32,000 bases of DNA from Paramicrosporidium saccamoebae KSL3 (Eukaryota; Fungi; Cryptomycota): contig MTSL01000205.1 in NCBI GenBank assembly GCA_002794465.1, forward strand, positions 61,743 through 93,742, given 5' to 3'. The notes beneath the pieces were generated by a model. It saw only the letters and a program-made list of their open reading frames with translations. It did not search any database and had not been told where the DNA came from. This document shows, one piece after another, positions 11,344 through 22,155 of the stretch. Position numbers and translations under genes: made by a program. Within the stretch, counting starts at the first letter, position 1. Each line of letters starts with the position of its first letter.

Positions 11344-11872
<529 letters not shown>

Positions 11873-12286
11873 ATGGCCCGCACCAAGCAAACCGCCCGCA
11901 AGTCCACCGGAGGCAAAGCGCCCCGCAAGCAAATCGCCACCAAGGCTGCCCGCAAGTCGGCGCCCTCCAGCTCCGCTGGCATCAAGAAGCCCCATCGTTA
12001 TCGTCCCGGAACTGTTGCTCTCCGTGAAATCCGTCGCTACCAGAAGAGCACTGAGCTGTTGATCCGCAAGCTGCCTTTCCAGCGTCTCGTCAGGGAGATT
12101 GCCCAGGAGGCCAAGACTGACTTGCGTTTCCAGAGCACTGCCATTGCTGCCCTCCAGGAGGCTGCTGAGGCTTACCTTGTGTCCTTGTTCGAGGACGTCA
12201 ATCTCTGCGCCATCCACGCCAAGCGTGTCACTATCATGGTCCGCGACATCCAGTTGGCCCGCCGCATCCGTGGTGAACGTGCTTAA
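11873..12286 (+). CDS. HHT: Histone H3
   Basis: [20 protein letters not shown]...[40 protein letters not shown]; 137 aa, intronless, strong C/T third-position bias. Confidence 0.99.
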   Translation: MARTKQTARKSTGGKAPRKQIATKAARKSAPSSSAGIKKPHRYRPGTVALREIRRYQKSTELLIRKLPFQRLVREIAQEAKTDLRFQSTAIAALQEAAEAYLVSLFEDVNLCAIHAKRVTIMVRDIQLARRIRGERA

Positions 12287-12303
12287 TTGTCCCCTATACA
12301 TAC

Positions 12304-12319
12304 GGCTTTTTTAAAAGCC
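12304..12319 (+). promoter_or_regulatory. Histone mRNA 3' stem-loop (H3)
   Basis: GGCTTT-TTTA-AAAGCC, 17 nt after the H3 stop; fits GGYYYT-TTTN-ARRRCC. Confidence 0.85.
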
Positions 12320-12745
12320 TATCTGTTGCCTGATACCCATTGTCATTTAGCAACGGATTCAGATGCAGAATACATAGTGTAGAGCGGGCGAGTCTTAGTA
12401 TTGAGTAGTTAATTGAGTCTTGCTGAGTTTTATTGAGTAATTGGTTGATTGGTCTCATGAGTTGGCTCTTGTGCTGGCTGAATATTGGAGACGATTATTT
12501 GATAATAATTCACACCAACCAGTTTCTTCCGAGATTTATTGTTCACTTGCAGAGTATGGTGCGCCGGTCACATGTTTAATGAGACTACATTTCCGAAACA
12601 GCTACAGTACTGGCGAGTGGCAGTAATTGACGGTTACGATCTGTGTTACATTACACATACCATTCATTTTCATTGCATTTGTAAATTATCAAAGTCTATC
12701 ACCAACGCAACGTGGTCGTGCCATAGCTATTTAATTGATACCCGC

Positions 12746-15079
12746 TCAGAAACTATCCGAACTCTCCATCGAAAGACTTGCCAGGGGCAGTAACGTCAAT
12801 ATATCTTGGCTTGGTTGGGACATGTCGGGATTGATAAGAGTATTCCATTTCAAAACGCGTTCGCATCCCTGCTCAGCAGCCAGATCAATTTCAATCTGAT
12901 TCAAGGCCCAGCCAGGTTTAAATCCGTCCAGAGAATCTGGATGATATCGCGTCAGGAACCATTCCAAAGTTTTCAATTTTCCAATTTTACAGGCTAGATG
13001 CAATGCTGCCACGCTTGGCTGGTGCCGTTGAAGATTAGAATTGCTGTAGCACTCCAAAAGATCCACATAGCCGCTCGTAGCGGCAGTATTGACTTCATCT
13101 TGGGTCAATGTCCAGCCGGGAGTGACAGCGGTGTACAATTCAAGATTGGCGCAACGTCCTGATCTGCATGTCTCGTTCACTACATCCAAAGCTGGTCGGG
13201 GCATTACGCTGTTGACACTGGTACGGGCAGCCCATTCCAAAACGCGCACGTATCCTTTTACAGTGGCATGGTCGATAATGTTTCGTGGCACTTTCCATTC
13301 ATATCTGGGCAAGGATGGATGTCTTGTCAGAACCCATTCGAAAGCTCCCAAAGATCCAAGAATCGTGGCCATTGCTTTTAGAGTACGTCTGCTCGGTGGA
13401 GGCATGTTGGGATTAACAGAGGCCCACCATTCCAAAACATTAATACGATTCCATTCTGCGGCCTTATCAATGTCTTCTTGGCTCAATGTCCTGCCAAGAC
13501 CGATTTCGGTAAACCATTTGAGGACGTCTAACTTTCCACGTCTGCAGGCCACATTCCATGCTTTTGCGCTTGGCTGGGTCATTTGATGCTTGTCAAGATT
13601 GTATTGCCACTGCAAAATGACCACTTGTCCATACTCAATAGCAGTATCCATGTTGTCTTGATTCATTACCCAGCTGGGATTGACCGAGGTGTGCCACTTT
13701 AAAATGTCAATATGGCCCCGTTTAATGCAACGACAAATGTCACTTTCACTCAGCATCCAGTCATGGTCAATGGCGGCGTACCATTTAAGACTTTGTATAC
13801 GATTGTTCTTGATGGCTTTAATCACCGCAGTTGCACTTGGTCGAGGCATTTCGGGATTGATACCTGAGTACCATTCCAGGATGCGTACACTTCCACTAGC
13901 AGTAGCGACATCAATGTACTCTTGACTCAATGTCCAATCAGGATTGGTGGACTCGTACCATTGGAGAACTTCCAAATAGTCACGGTTGCAAACCTCAGTT
14001 AGTGTTGCGACATCCAGTAAAAGCGCTCTAGGAAGCAGAGAGGTGCACCATTTAAAAACATGCATATAGCCGTTTATAGCTGCTTTTGGGATATACTTCA
14101 GATTCAACTTCCAGCCAGGCTTGAATTCGTTTACACGATCACTGTAATATCGAGAGAGATACCACTCGATAACTTGTAAATTTTCCCCCTCATATGCCAA
14201 CGTTAGCGCACTATGACTCAGAGGAGGCATTGCAGGATCAATACTCAAATACCAATTCAAAACGTCCGTACCACAGTATATGCTGGCAGCTTTATCGACA
14301 TCCCTCTGACTAATGGTCCAGCTCGGATTGTATGAACGAATACGATGGAGAATATTTGACTTGCCGTGATTAGTCAAGATCTCAAGACTATAGATAGAGG
14401 GCACTCTCCCTACTTTTTCCAAGAGGAATAGCACGCTGTCATCTGGCTCCAAGTCTTCAATTGCATTGTCTAAATCCTTCATGCATGGCGTCCATAGTCC
14501 TTCGTCAATCAATGATTGAAGGAAAGTAATGTTTCCTTCAGAAAGTGCATAACTCGGTCTGCAGGTGAAAGCAATGCTACGCTCTTTCAATAATCTCGCC
14601 AGTCGCAACGTGTGGGGATACATCAAGCGAAACTTTGCATTCTCGAATGCAGACAGATCAGACAGAGTTCCTGCAATATTGATGGCGTCATGCTGAAGTA
14701 AACCACTTGGTTCTAGTACTTTTTCACGCAATTTAGGTGGTAGTGTTTCAAGCAAGCTCGGATTATCAGCAAGTATAATAGAGGAAATATTGGCTCCCAG
14801 TTCCTCCTCCGAGACCAAGGTGGCGCACCACAAAGTGCCAAAATACTTGGCATAACACCATACACGCTCTTCAGCTGTCCTTTGCGATAGGTCAGGGACC
14901 CTCTCAAAGATGCCTTTGGAGACACGCTCAACAACTTCCTTCACAGTCATCTGGAATTCGCCAAAGGGGCAATGTCCAGACAAGCGTTGGAGTAGCTGCT
15001 GCTCATTAAGGTCCTTTAAACCAGCTCCCGAGATGGAACCCAGAAACAGGGAAAGACAAGCAACGAGCGACACTTTCAT
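12746..15079 (-). CDS. Signal-peptide protein with degenerate ankyrin-like (~26 aa) repeats, paralog 1
   Basis: 777 aa, intronless. N-terminus MKVSLVACLSLFLGSISG. Recurrent A..G.L.VL.W units alternating with W.LSQ..ID and MP.PS segments. Confidence 0.7.
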   Translation of the reverse strand: MKVSLVACLSLFLGSISGAGLKDLNEQQLLQRLSGHCPFGEFQMTVKEVVERVSKGIFERVPDLSQRTAEERVWCYAKYFGTLWCATLVSEEELGANISSIILADNPSLLETLPPKLREKVLEPSGLLQHDAINIAGTLSDLSAFENAKFRLMYPHTLRLARLLKERSIAFTCRPSYALSEGNITFLQSLIDEGLWTPCMKDLDNAIEDLEPDDSVLFLLEKVGRVPSIYSLEILTNHGKSNILHRIRSYNPSWTISQRDVDKAASIYCGTDVLNWYLSIDPAMPPLSHSALTLAYEGENLQVIEWYLSRYYSDRVNEFKPGWKLNLKYIPKAAINGYMHVFKWCTSLLPRALLLDVATLTEVCNRDYLEVLQWYESTNPDWTLSQEYIDVATASGSVRILEWYSGINPEMPRPSATAVIKAIKNNRIQSLKWYAAIDHDWMLSESDICRCIKRGHIDILKWHTSVNPSWVMNQDNMDTAIEYGQVVILQWQYNLDKHQMTQPSAKAWNVACRRGKLDVLKWFTEIGLGRTLSQEDIDKAAEWNRINVLEWWASVNPNMPPPSRRTLKAMATILGSLGAFEWVLTRHPSLPRYEWKVPRNIIDHATVKGYVRVLEWAARTSVNSVMPRPALDVVNETCRSGRCANLELYTAVTPGWTLTQDEVNTAATSGYVDLLECYSNSNLQRHQPSVAALHLACKIGKLKTLEWFLTRYHPDSLDGFKPGWALNQIEIDLAAEQGCERVLKWNTLINPDMSQPSQDILTLLPLASLSMESSDSF

Positions 15080-15332
15080 GACTGACAGGGTGAACTGATT
15101 CAGCCACCAGATTAAATATATGCAGGTGTTCTAAACTAAGGATTCCCTAATGACGTCCCTGAGGCGGAGAGGTAGCGTCTCACAATAGGGAATGATTAAC
15201 AAGGTGCATTTGAGAAATGGTGCACATAGAAGCACAATTGACGTAGCTGGCATTAGCTTATCCGGTTGAGGATAGTGTGCAGGCTTGTGTTAGCTATGGG
15301 ATGAGAGACTTGTACTATTTCGAGATGAATGT
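15080..15332. repeat. Upstream region of paralog 1, homologous to 17814-18046
   Basis: Shared blocks such as agccaccag, cctgag, tctcacaa, tgagaaa.ggtg, ttatcc.gt.gaggatagtg, gcta.ct, gagaga.ttgta.tatttcgaga. Confidence 0.8.
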
Positions 15333-15380
15333 AAGCTAGCCGCCAGGTTCCTCTGGTGTTGACTGCTCAATTGAAAATTA

Positions 15381-17813
15381 TTATGTGCTAATTATATATT
15401 CAATGAGACCACACGACCAAAACAACGCCAACGTCAACGCCAACAGTGGGACGACAACTGGAGCTAGTCCATCCTCAGGATAACGTTTAGGCTCCGCTGC
15501 ACTGTGAGGATTTTCTATAGGGAGCCGTGGCAGTATATCTGCGCTTGGGTGAGGCGGGCCGGGATTGACAAGAGCGTTCCACTTCAAAACATGTCGACAT
15601 CCCTGCTCAGCAGCCAGATCAATCTCAAGCTGATTCAAGGCCCAGTCAGGTTTAAATCCATCCAGAGAGTCTTGGTGATACCGCGTCAAGAACCATTCCA
15701 AGCTCCCCAATTCCCCGGTTATACAGGCCAGATGCAGTGCTGTAGCGCTTGGCTCGTGAATTTGGGGATTGAACTTGACATAACATTCTAAAAGATCCAC
15801 AAAACCGCGTGTAGCAGCGTCATTGATTTCATCTTGAGTCAATGTCCAGCCAGGAGTGACAGAGGCATACCATTCGAGATCGGCACAACGCCCCAACTTA
15901 CACATTACGTTCAGCCCCTCTATATCTAGTCGAGGTATTATAACACCGACATTAGCGTGGGCAGCCCAGTTCAGAACATGCACGCCTCCTATTTCAGCGG
16001 CCTTGTCGGCCATACGTTGAGCCCACGTCCAGGAACATCCGAGCAAGAATGTGTGCTTTCGGTGACAGTTTTTCAGAAACCATTCAAACACTCTTGTATT
16101 CTCATGGATCACAATTGCATTCCCCAAAGCAGTTTCGCTTGGTTGAGGCATGTTGGGATCAACAGAGACCCACCACTCCAAGACATCCAACTGTCCCTCT
16201 TCAGTAGCCACATCAATGTCCTCTTGACTCAATGTCCTACCACGTCCGATTTCCGTAAACCATTCGAGGAATTTCAAATTTCCATTCTTGCAAGCCACAT
16301 GCCATACCTCCGCGCTCGGTTTAGTTATTTTACTCTCGTTAAGAGCATATTGCCATTTCAAGATATCCAGTTTCCCGTGTCTAGTGGCAGTATTAATATT
16401 TTTTTCGTCCATTACCCATCTGGGATTAATCAAGGCATGCAACTTTAAGATCTCGATATATCTAAACATAATGCAATAATGGATTTCTCCTTCATTCAGC
16501 ATCCAACTATGGTCAACAGTGGCATACCATTTGAGAACTTCTAAATGATTGCTCTTGACAGCCTGATACACTGCAGCTTGGCTTGGCTGAGGCATTTTAG
16601 GATTAATACTTGCATACCATTCTAGAATGCGCGCTTTTCCACACCCAGCAATGTTGTCAACGTTTTCTTGACTCAATGTCCAGTCCGAATTAACAGAGTA
16701 ATACCATTGGATAATCTCCAAAAAGCCCTTGCAGCAAACCGCCTCCAGTACGCTGGCGCTTAGCGGAGGCATCTCAGGAAGTAAAAATGCGTAGCATTTC
16801 AAAACATGTATATGTCCCTTCATAGCTGCCCGCCCGATATGACCTGGATTTAATTCCCAGCTAGGTTGGAATGAGCCTTCACAACCGCTGTAATATCTGG
16901 ATAGATACCACTCGATAGCACCTATCCTTTCTTCCCAATGTGCCCTTTGCAACGCAGCAAGGCTTGGGCGAGGCATTTTAGGATCGATACTCATATACCA
17001 GGTCAAGACTTCCGCACCGTTGGATAGAGTAAGGGCCTTATCCACTTCACTCTGACTTATGGTCCAGTCTTGATTGTATGAACGGATGAAACGGAGAGTA
17101 TCTGACGTGTCGAAACTAACCAAAAATGAAAGAATATCAATAGAAGGCACTCTTCTTAGTTTCTCCAAGAGAAATAGCACGCCACGTTCCGGCTTCATTA
17201 ATTTAGTCGCATTTTTCAAGTCATCCATGCACGGCATCCAGAGTCCCTCGTCAAGTAACGATTGAAGAAAAGTAATGTGTGCGTACGTCGGCCTGCAAGT
17301 GAAAGCAATGCCATGCGCTTTCAGTAATCTCGCCACTCGCAACGTGCTGCGATGATCCACGTCAATCTTCACATCTTTGAATACAGAGAGATCAGGCAGG
17401 CTCTCTGCAATATTGATGGCGTCATACTGAGCTACAGCACTCGGTTCTAGCACTTTTTCACGCAATTCCGGTTGCAAACTTTCAAGCACACTCGGATTAT
17501 CAGCCATGAGAATGGAATGGGTATTGTCTCTCAATTCCTCTTCCGAGGCCAAGGTGGCGCACCGAGGAGTGCCATAATACTTAGCATAACACCATACGCG
17601 CTCTTCAGCTGTCCTTTGGGACATTTCAGGGACCCTCTCAAAGATGCCTTTGGAGGCACGCTCAAAGATTTCTTCCACAAGCATTTGGAATCTATCGAGG
17701 GAACATTTTTCAAGCAAACCCAGAAGTAGCTGCCCATTATCAAGGCTCTTTAAACCCGCTCCAGATATGCATCCTAGGAGCAGATGAAGGCATGCAATTA
17801 ACGACACTTTCAT
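15381..17813 (-). CDS. Signal-peptide ankyrin-like repeat protein with C-terminal hydrophobic anchor, paralog 2
   Basis: 810 aa, colinear with paralog 1 (e.g. SQRTAEERVWCYAKY, WFLTRYH.DSLDGFKP.WALNQ.EIDLAAEQGC). Ends LAPVVVPLLALTLALFWSCGLIEYIIST. Confidence 0.7.
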   Translation of the reverse strand: MKVSLIACLHLLLGCISGAGLKSLDNGQLLLGLLEKCSLDRFQMLVEEIFERASKGIFERVPEMSQRTAEERVWCYAKYYGTPRCATLASEEELRDNTHSILMADNPSVLESLQPELREKVLEPSAVAQYDAINIAESLPDLSVFKDVKIDVDHRSTLRVARLLKAHGIAFTCRPTYAHITFLQSLLDEGLWMPCMDDLKNATKLMKPERGVLFLLEKLRRVPSIDILSFLVSFDTSDTLRFIRSYNQDWTISQSEVDKALTLSNGAEVLTWYMSIDPKMPRPSLAALQRAHWEERIGAIEWYLSRYYSGCEGSFQPSWELNPGHIGRAAMKGHIHVLKCYAFLLPEMPPLSASVLEAVCCKGFLEIIQWYYSVNSDWTLSQENVDNIAGCGKARILEWYASINPKMPQPSQAAVYQAVKSNHLEVLKWYATVDHSWMLNEGEIHYCIMFRYIEILKLHALINPRWVMDEKNINTATRHGKLDILKWQYALNESKITKPSAEVWHVACKNGNLKFLEWFTEIGRGRTLSQEDIDVATEEGQLDVLEWWVSVDPNMPQPSETALGNAIVIHENTRVFEWFLKNCHRKHTFLLGCSWTWAQRMADKAAEIGGVHVLNWAAHANVGVIIPRLDIEGLNVMCKLGRCADLEWYASVTPGWTLTQDEINDAATRGFVDLLECYVKFNPQIHEPSATALHLACITGELGSLEWFLTRYHQDSLDGFKPDWALNQLEIDLAAEQGCRHVLKWNALVNPGPPHPSADILPRLPIENPHSAAEPKRYPEDGLAPVVVPLLALTLALFWSCGLIEYIIST

Positions 17814-18046
17814 GGCTGGTAAAGTGAATTAATTTAGCCACCAGTTTATAATAAAGATTCTTTACTGGCGCTCCTGAGTCATAGATATGTCATCTCACAA
17901 AAGGAACTAGTTAATATGGATCACCTGAGAAAGGGTGTAAATAGAGACATAATGGACGTGGCTGACGTCAGTTTATCCAGTCGAGGATAGTGAACAGACT
18001 TGTGCTAGCTACAAGTTGAGAGATTTGTATTATTTCGAGACAAATG
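17814..18046. repeat. Upstream region of paralog 2, homologous to 15080-15332
   Basis: Second copy of the duplicated non-coding block; see 15080-15332. Confidence 0.8.
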
Positions 18047-18159
18047 CTTCACAAATTACACCAGCCATTAGTCGACACGGAACGCATATATGTATAGCGG
18101 ACTGGATCTTTGCCTCCATAATCCATTACTTAATTTCACGATTAGCACATCTCGCAACT

Positions 18160-21100
18160 TTATTTTGCACTGCTGGTGGTACGGACGAGATCGAGCAAAT
18201 TGGCATTTTTCTTGGGAATCCCACCAAAGTAGCCTACGAGTTATATTACCACTTCAGCCCATAAAGTACCTCGACGTCGAAGGAAGCGGCGAATAAATTC
18301 ATATATAATTAGGAGGATGCCAGCACCGACGGGTGCCAGTAAAGCGACGAATGGTACCGGTCCGCCACCCAGAACAACGTTGTTCAATCCCGGAATGTAT
18401 ACCACCATCAACGCCACCACAATAGCAGTGCCTCCTCCGATGTAGGTAAACTTGTTCCTAAGCAAATTAACAATCGATCCCAACAGTACTTGAACATGTC
18501 CCAGCCATACGGATAAGAATACCGATGCTTGGTCACCCACAGATTGAACAGCTGGCAAATGACAATTCCCATAAAGTATGCCGATTGGGACGATCCGGAA
18601 ATGGCAATTTGTTTGTCGGCGTTGGCAATGGTGTTATTGGTCAGTCGGAGGGATGGAGCACCGAGCTTCCAATATGTTTTGGCCGATCCCATTAACATGT
18701 CAAAGGGCACACTATACCACACCAACACAATCAGATAAGCAGCAAAGCATCCGATGGCTTCAATGATTCCACCCTGTCCGTAGCACCAGAAGAGCATGTC
18801 CGAATCCAACAGCACTTCCCCCGTGTCGTCCCGCTTAAATGGCTTGCAGATGCGGTTCCAGCTGGCACGGATCCATCCCGGCTTGGACGGCGCCACGCCC
18901 GTTTCAATGTCTCGGGCGATGGGGGCCGGCTGGCAGAGGACCTTGCGGGGCGGCACCAACATCAGATCGCCCTCTGGCGGCTCAAAAGCAAACGACAGAG
19001 CCGGCCCCAACTCGGATACCAAATCCACCATGAGGATCAGCAGCGAATTAATGGGGAGAGGAATGGCAAAGATGATAAATACCACAAAGGCAATCACCTC
19101 TGACGTCATATGGGTCAGAGTGTATCTAATGCTCTTCTTTAGGTTGGCAAAGATCAGTCGCCCTATATATGATTGCATTGCAAAGGGTTTCTACCTTCGG
19201 CGATTCCATGCACAATGGAAGCAAAGTTGTCATCAAGGAGAATCATTTCCGCCGCTTCCTTGGACACATCGGATGCCGTCTTGTTCATGGAAATGCCCAG
19301 ATCGGCCTTTTTCAGGGCCGGACTGTCATTCACTCCATCCCCAGATACGCCCACAATATGGCCTTTGTTCTGGAACCGCGTGACAATCTCCAGCTTCTGT
19401 TTCGGCGAGGTGCGAGCAAACACAATCTCTTTCTGTGACAGAATCCGATCCCAATCGGCATCTGCAAGCAGCTCTAACTTTTCACCATGCACCACCACAG
19501 CATCGTATTCATCCTCGTTAACTAGTTCCATTGGTTTCTGCAGCTTTAGGGATGCATCCATGATAGTGTCCCCAGAAATGAGTCCAATTTGTCGGGCAAT
19601 CGATTCGGCCGTCAGAGGATGATCGCCCGTAACCATTACTATCTGGATTCCTGCCGTCCTGCATGCCGCAATGGCTTTCCGGACGCCATGTTTGGGAGGG
19701 TCCATGATAGCAACCAGACCGATGAAAACAAAGGTGTCCATGGGGATATCGCATGGATCACGGGTAAACACGTGGCCCTCGGGAAATTTGTCTTCAGCAA
19801 GCTCTTGTAAAGCCAAGGCCAGCACTCTCCGCCCTCTAATGGCAAAATGCTCGTAGGCTTCATTGAATTTTGCCTCAATCTCCTCATCCCAAGGAACCTG
19901 CTGATCGCCCATCTGAATGGACTTGCACATTTTCGCCACCCTTTCTGGCGCACCCTTTACAAAGGATATATGCCGACCGTCAATCCGATGCACTGTCAGA
20001 TGCCACTTTGTTAGGGAGCTGAATGGAATCTCGAATACTTTCCGATGCGCGTCCTGCTCTTCCGGCGCATTCACATAGTGACACGCAAATCGGAGCAATC
20101 CAACTTCAGTTGCATCGCCAAGGATGGTGCGTTCTGCCAGCGGCTTGTCTGCCTCGGATTCACTAAATTTGGACTTGCAACAGAGAGCACACGCCTGCAC
20201 CAATTGGGAAAGATTGGGCACTTTGGGATCTAACGGTGTGTCTGGTCCCATCTCTCCAGTGGAGAAGAATGCCCCGTTCAGCCAGGTGCCGACCACGGTC
20301 ATTTTGTTCTGAGTCAAGGTGCCCGTCTTGTCAGTTGCCAACAGAGTGATTGATCCGAGGGTTTCTACTGCATGCAAATTCTTCACAAGAACATTCTGTT
20401 GGGCCATCTTTTTCGCAGCAATCGTCAGCAACGTCTATAGATGAGACTGTATTGCATCAGTAATACCGAAACAGTCACAGGCAGCCCTTGTGGTACATAT
20501 GCCACAAAGATTCCAATCGCAAAGCTAAATGTGATCCCAAGATCGTAGCCCAGAACCAGTCCAACAATAAAAAAGATTATTGCCGTAAGTATCGCCACCA
20601 CTGCAATCTTTCGAACAAAGAGATCAATTTCCTTGGTTAGTTGGCTGTGTGGCGCCTTTTCTCCAATGGTTAATTTGGCAATCTGTCCCAGAATGCTCTG
20701 ATCGCCAGTGCGAATGACCAGTCCATAACCCTCTCCATGCGCGACGGTAGTTCCACTGAACACCAAATTGCTGGCCTCTAACGGATTTTCGCTTCCCATG
20801 GAAAGACTACGTTCCTGCGCCTCACTTTCGCCTGTAATTGAGGAATTGTCGACCTTGAGATCTGTCACGCTGAATAGACGACAATCGGCGGGGATCTTGT
20901 CCCCAGCCTTAATGTAGAGCACATCCCCCTTGACGATGGAAGCTGCTGGGATTGAATGCAGCGCCTGGGCACGGATGACGGTGGCCTCGGGTGGGACAAG
21001 CGACATGAACGACTCGAGAATGGCAGCCGTCTGATATTGTTGATAAAAGTCGATGAATGCATTCACACTGGCCACCACAATAAGGATGATCCCCAAGTAG

Positions 21101-21534
21101 AGCTACACCATCAAAGGACAAAACGGAAGCTACATTGACCATGGATGACGGATCGATGGCAAATAAAATAAACGACATGATCCCGCTGACAATGAGCAAA
21201 ACATTGAACAGACCGAGCAGTTGTTTGAAAAAGAGCAACCAGGTTGATTCCTTCTTAGGAGGGGTGATGGAATTGGGACCACCGCAGCCGAGTCTTTCAA
21301 GTGCCTCCTCCTCTCCCACACCCTACAGCCTCAGAGAGGAGAGAAGAGATAAAGTACGATGCTCTTGTTGGGATTCAGTGGGTCCACCTTGACATTGTAT
21401 CTCTCAGCGACCATCTCCACTGACAATCGGTGCTCATCCTACACACTTTTACGGATTGAATGACCGCGTACGACATTGATAGACTGAAAAGTCTCTACAA
21501 CAGCACTCTCCACCCCACCAACCTCCTCAGTCAT
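18160..21534 (-). CDS. P-type ATPase, type IIC (Na+/K+- or H+/K+-ATPase alpha-like)
   Basis: complement join(21472..21534,21358..21438,21134..21322,20467..21102,19195..20434,18490..19162,18270..18457,18160..18233), 1047 aa; 7 introns of 31-36 nt, all phase-consistent. GPNSITPPK, KVDNSSITGESE, DKTGTLTQN, GDATE, KGAPE, VTGDHP, FARTSPKQK, GDGVNDSPALKKAD, GRLIFANLKKSI. Confidence 0.92.
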
Positions 21535-21665
21535 GCGTCCCGGTAATGCATTCTACCCATTTATGGCACTGCATTAACACTGTTAACTTTTTCCTTAGAA
21601 CATGATCAGCTGAGGAAGAAAGTCTATTCATAAAATAGTCAGTTGAGGGAGAGAGATGGTTTGAT

Positions 21666-21685
21666 TTGAATTGAATTGAATTGAA
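21666..21685 (+). repeat. (TTGAA)4 microsatellite
   Basis: ttgaattgaattgaattgaa in the intergenic region. Confidence 0.9.
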
Positions 21686-21773
21686 TTGGCATAATTATGA
21701 AAATCTTGACACTAGGGCTTGACATTCAAGATTAATACTCGAGCTGGTTCAAATCATTGCATAAATACAGTGT

Positions 21774-22136
21774 TTATTTCTGGTTGACAGTGCATTTCTG
21801 GTTGACAGTGCATTTCCGGTTGGCAGTGCATTTCCGGTTGGCAGTGCATTTCCGACAGTACCATTGTGTCCTGTCGTCTGTTACTACAGCGGGATTAATG
21901 ATCGGTCGGTGACAGCTTTGGTGGTAGACGGAGAGACAGCCATCGCACCGAACAATTCTATTCTCGTCGGTTTGGTCGTTAGCCTGACAGAGACAGCAGG
22001 CTTGGCTGTCCACCCAATTCTCTGGGTCCGGCCTCTGGGTGGGCACATAGAGGTTAAAGTGACACATTACGTGTTGCTCCAGCTCGGAAATGGTCCAAAA
22101 GACGGTGCCACACTCCTGCCATTCGCATTTGAACAT
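21774..22136 (-). CDS. Small C2H2 plus PHD-finger protein
   Basis: 120 aa from ATG 22136: FKCEWQECGTVF...LEQHVMCH (C2H2) and CCLCQ...IVRCDGCLSVYHQSCH...WYCRKC (PHD, C4HC3). Confidence 0.75.
   Translation of the reverse strand: MFKCEWQECGTVFWTISELEQHVMCHFNLYVPTQRPDPENWVDSQACCLCQANDQTDENRIVRCDGCLSVYHQSCHRPIINPAVVTDDRTQWYCRKCTANRKCTANRKCTVNQKCTVNQK
21777..21848 (+). repeat. 18-bp coding tandem repeat x4
   Basis: Unit tttc(t/c)ggttg(a/g)cagtgca; encodes repeats of C-T-(A/V)-N-(R/Q)-K at the C-terminus of the PHD protein. Confidence 0.95.
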
Positions 22137-22155
22137 CCGATGGACTTTGCCACCC

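Noticed and set aside
12320-12360. U7-binding histone downstream element
   Set aside because: No purine-rich AAAGAG-like tract after the H3 hairpin, and nothing shared with the H4 downstream flank.
12320-12745. Possible tRNA, snRNA or other ncRNA in the larger intergenic gaps (also 9553-9857 and 26108-26411)
   Set aside because: No cloverleaf, A/B box, Sm site or snRNA signature recognised by eye; an Infernal/tRNAscan run would be needed.
12560-12745. Lost C-terminal anchor of ankyrin-like paralog 1 hidden past its stop
   Set aside because: Only faint nucleotide similarity to the end of paralog 2 and no frame giving a convincing hydrophobic helix.
21777-21848. Possible CRISPR-like array
   Set aside because: Contiguous 18-nt units without spacers, in frame within a eukaryotic CDS; no cas genes.
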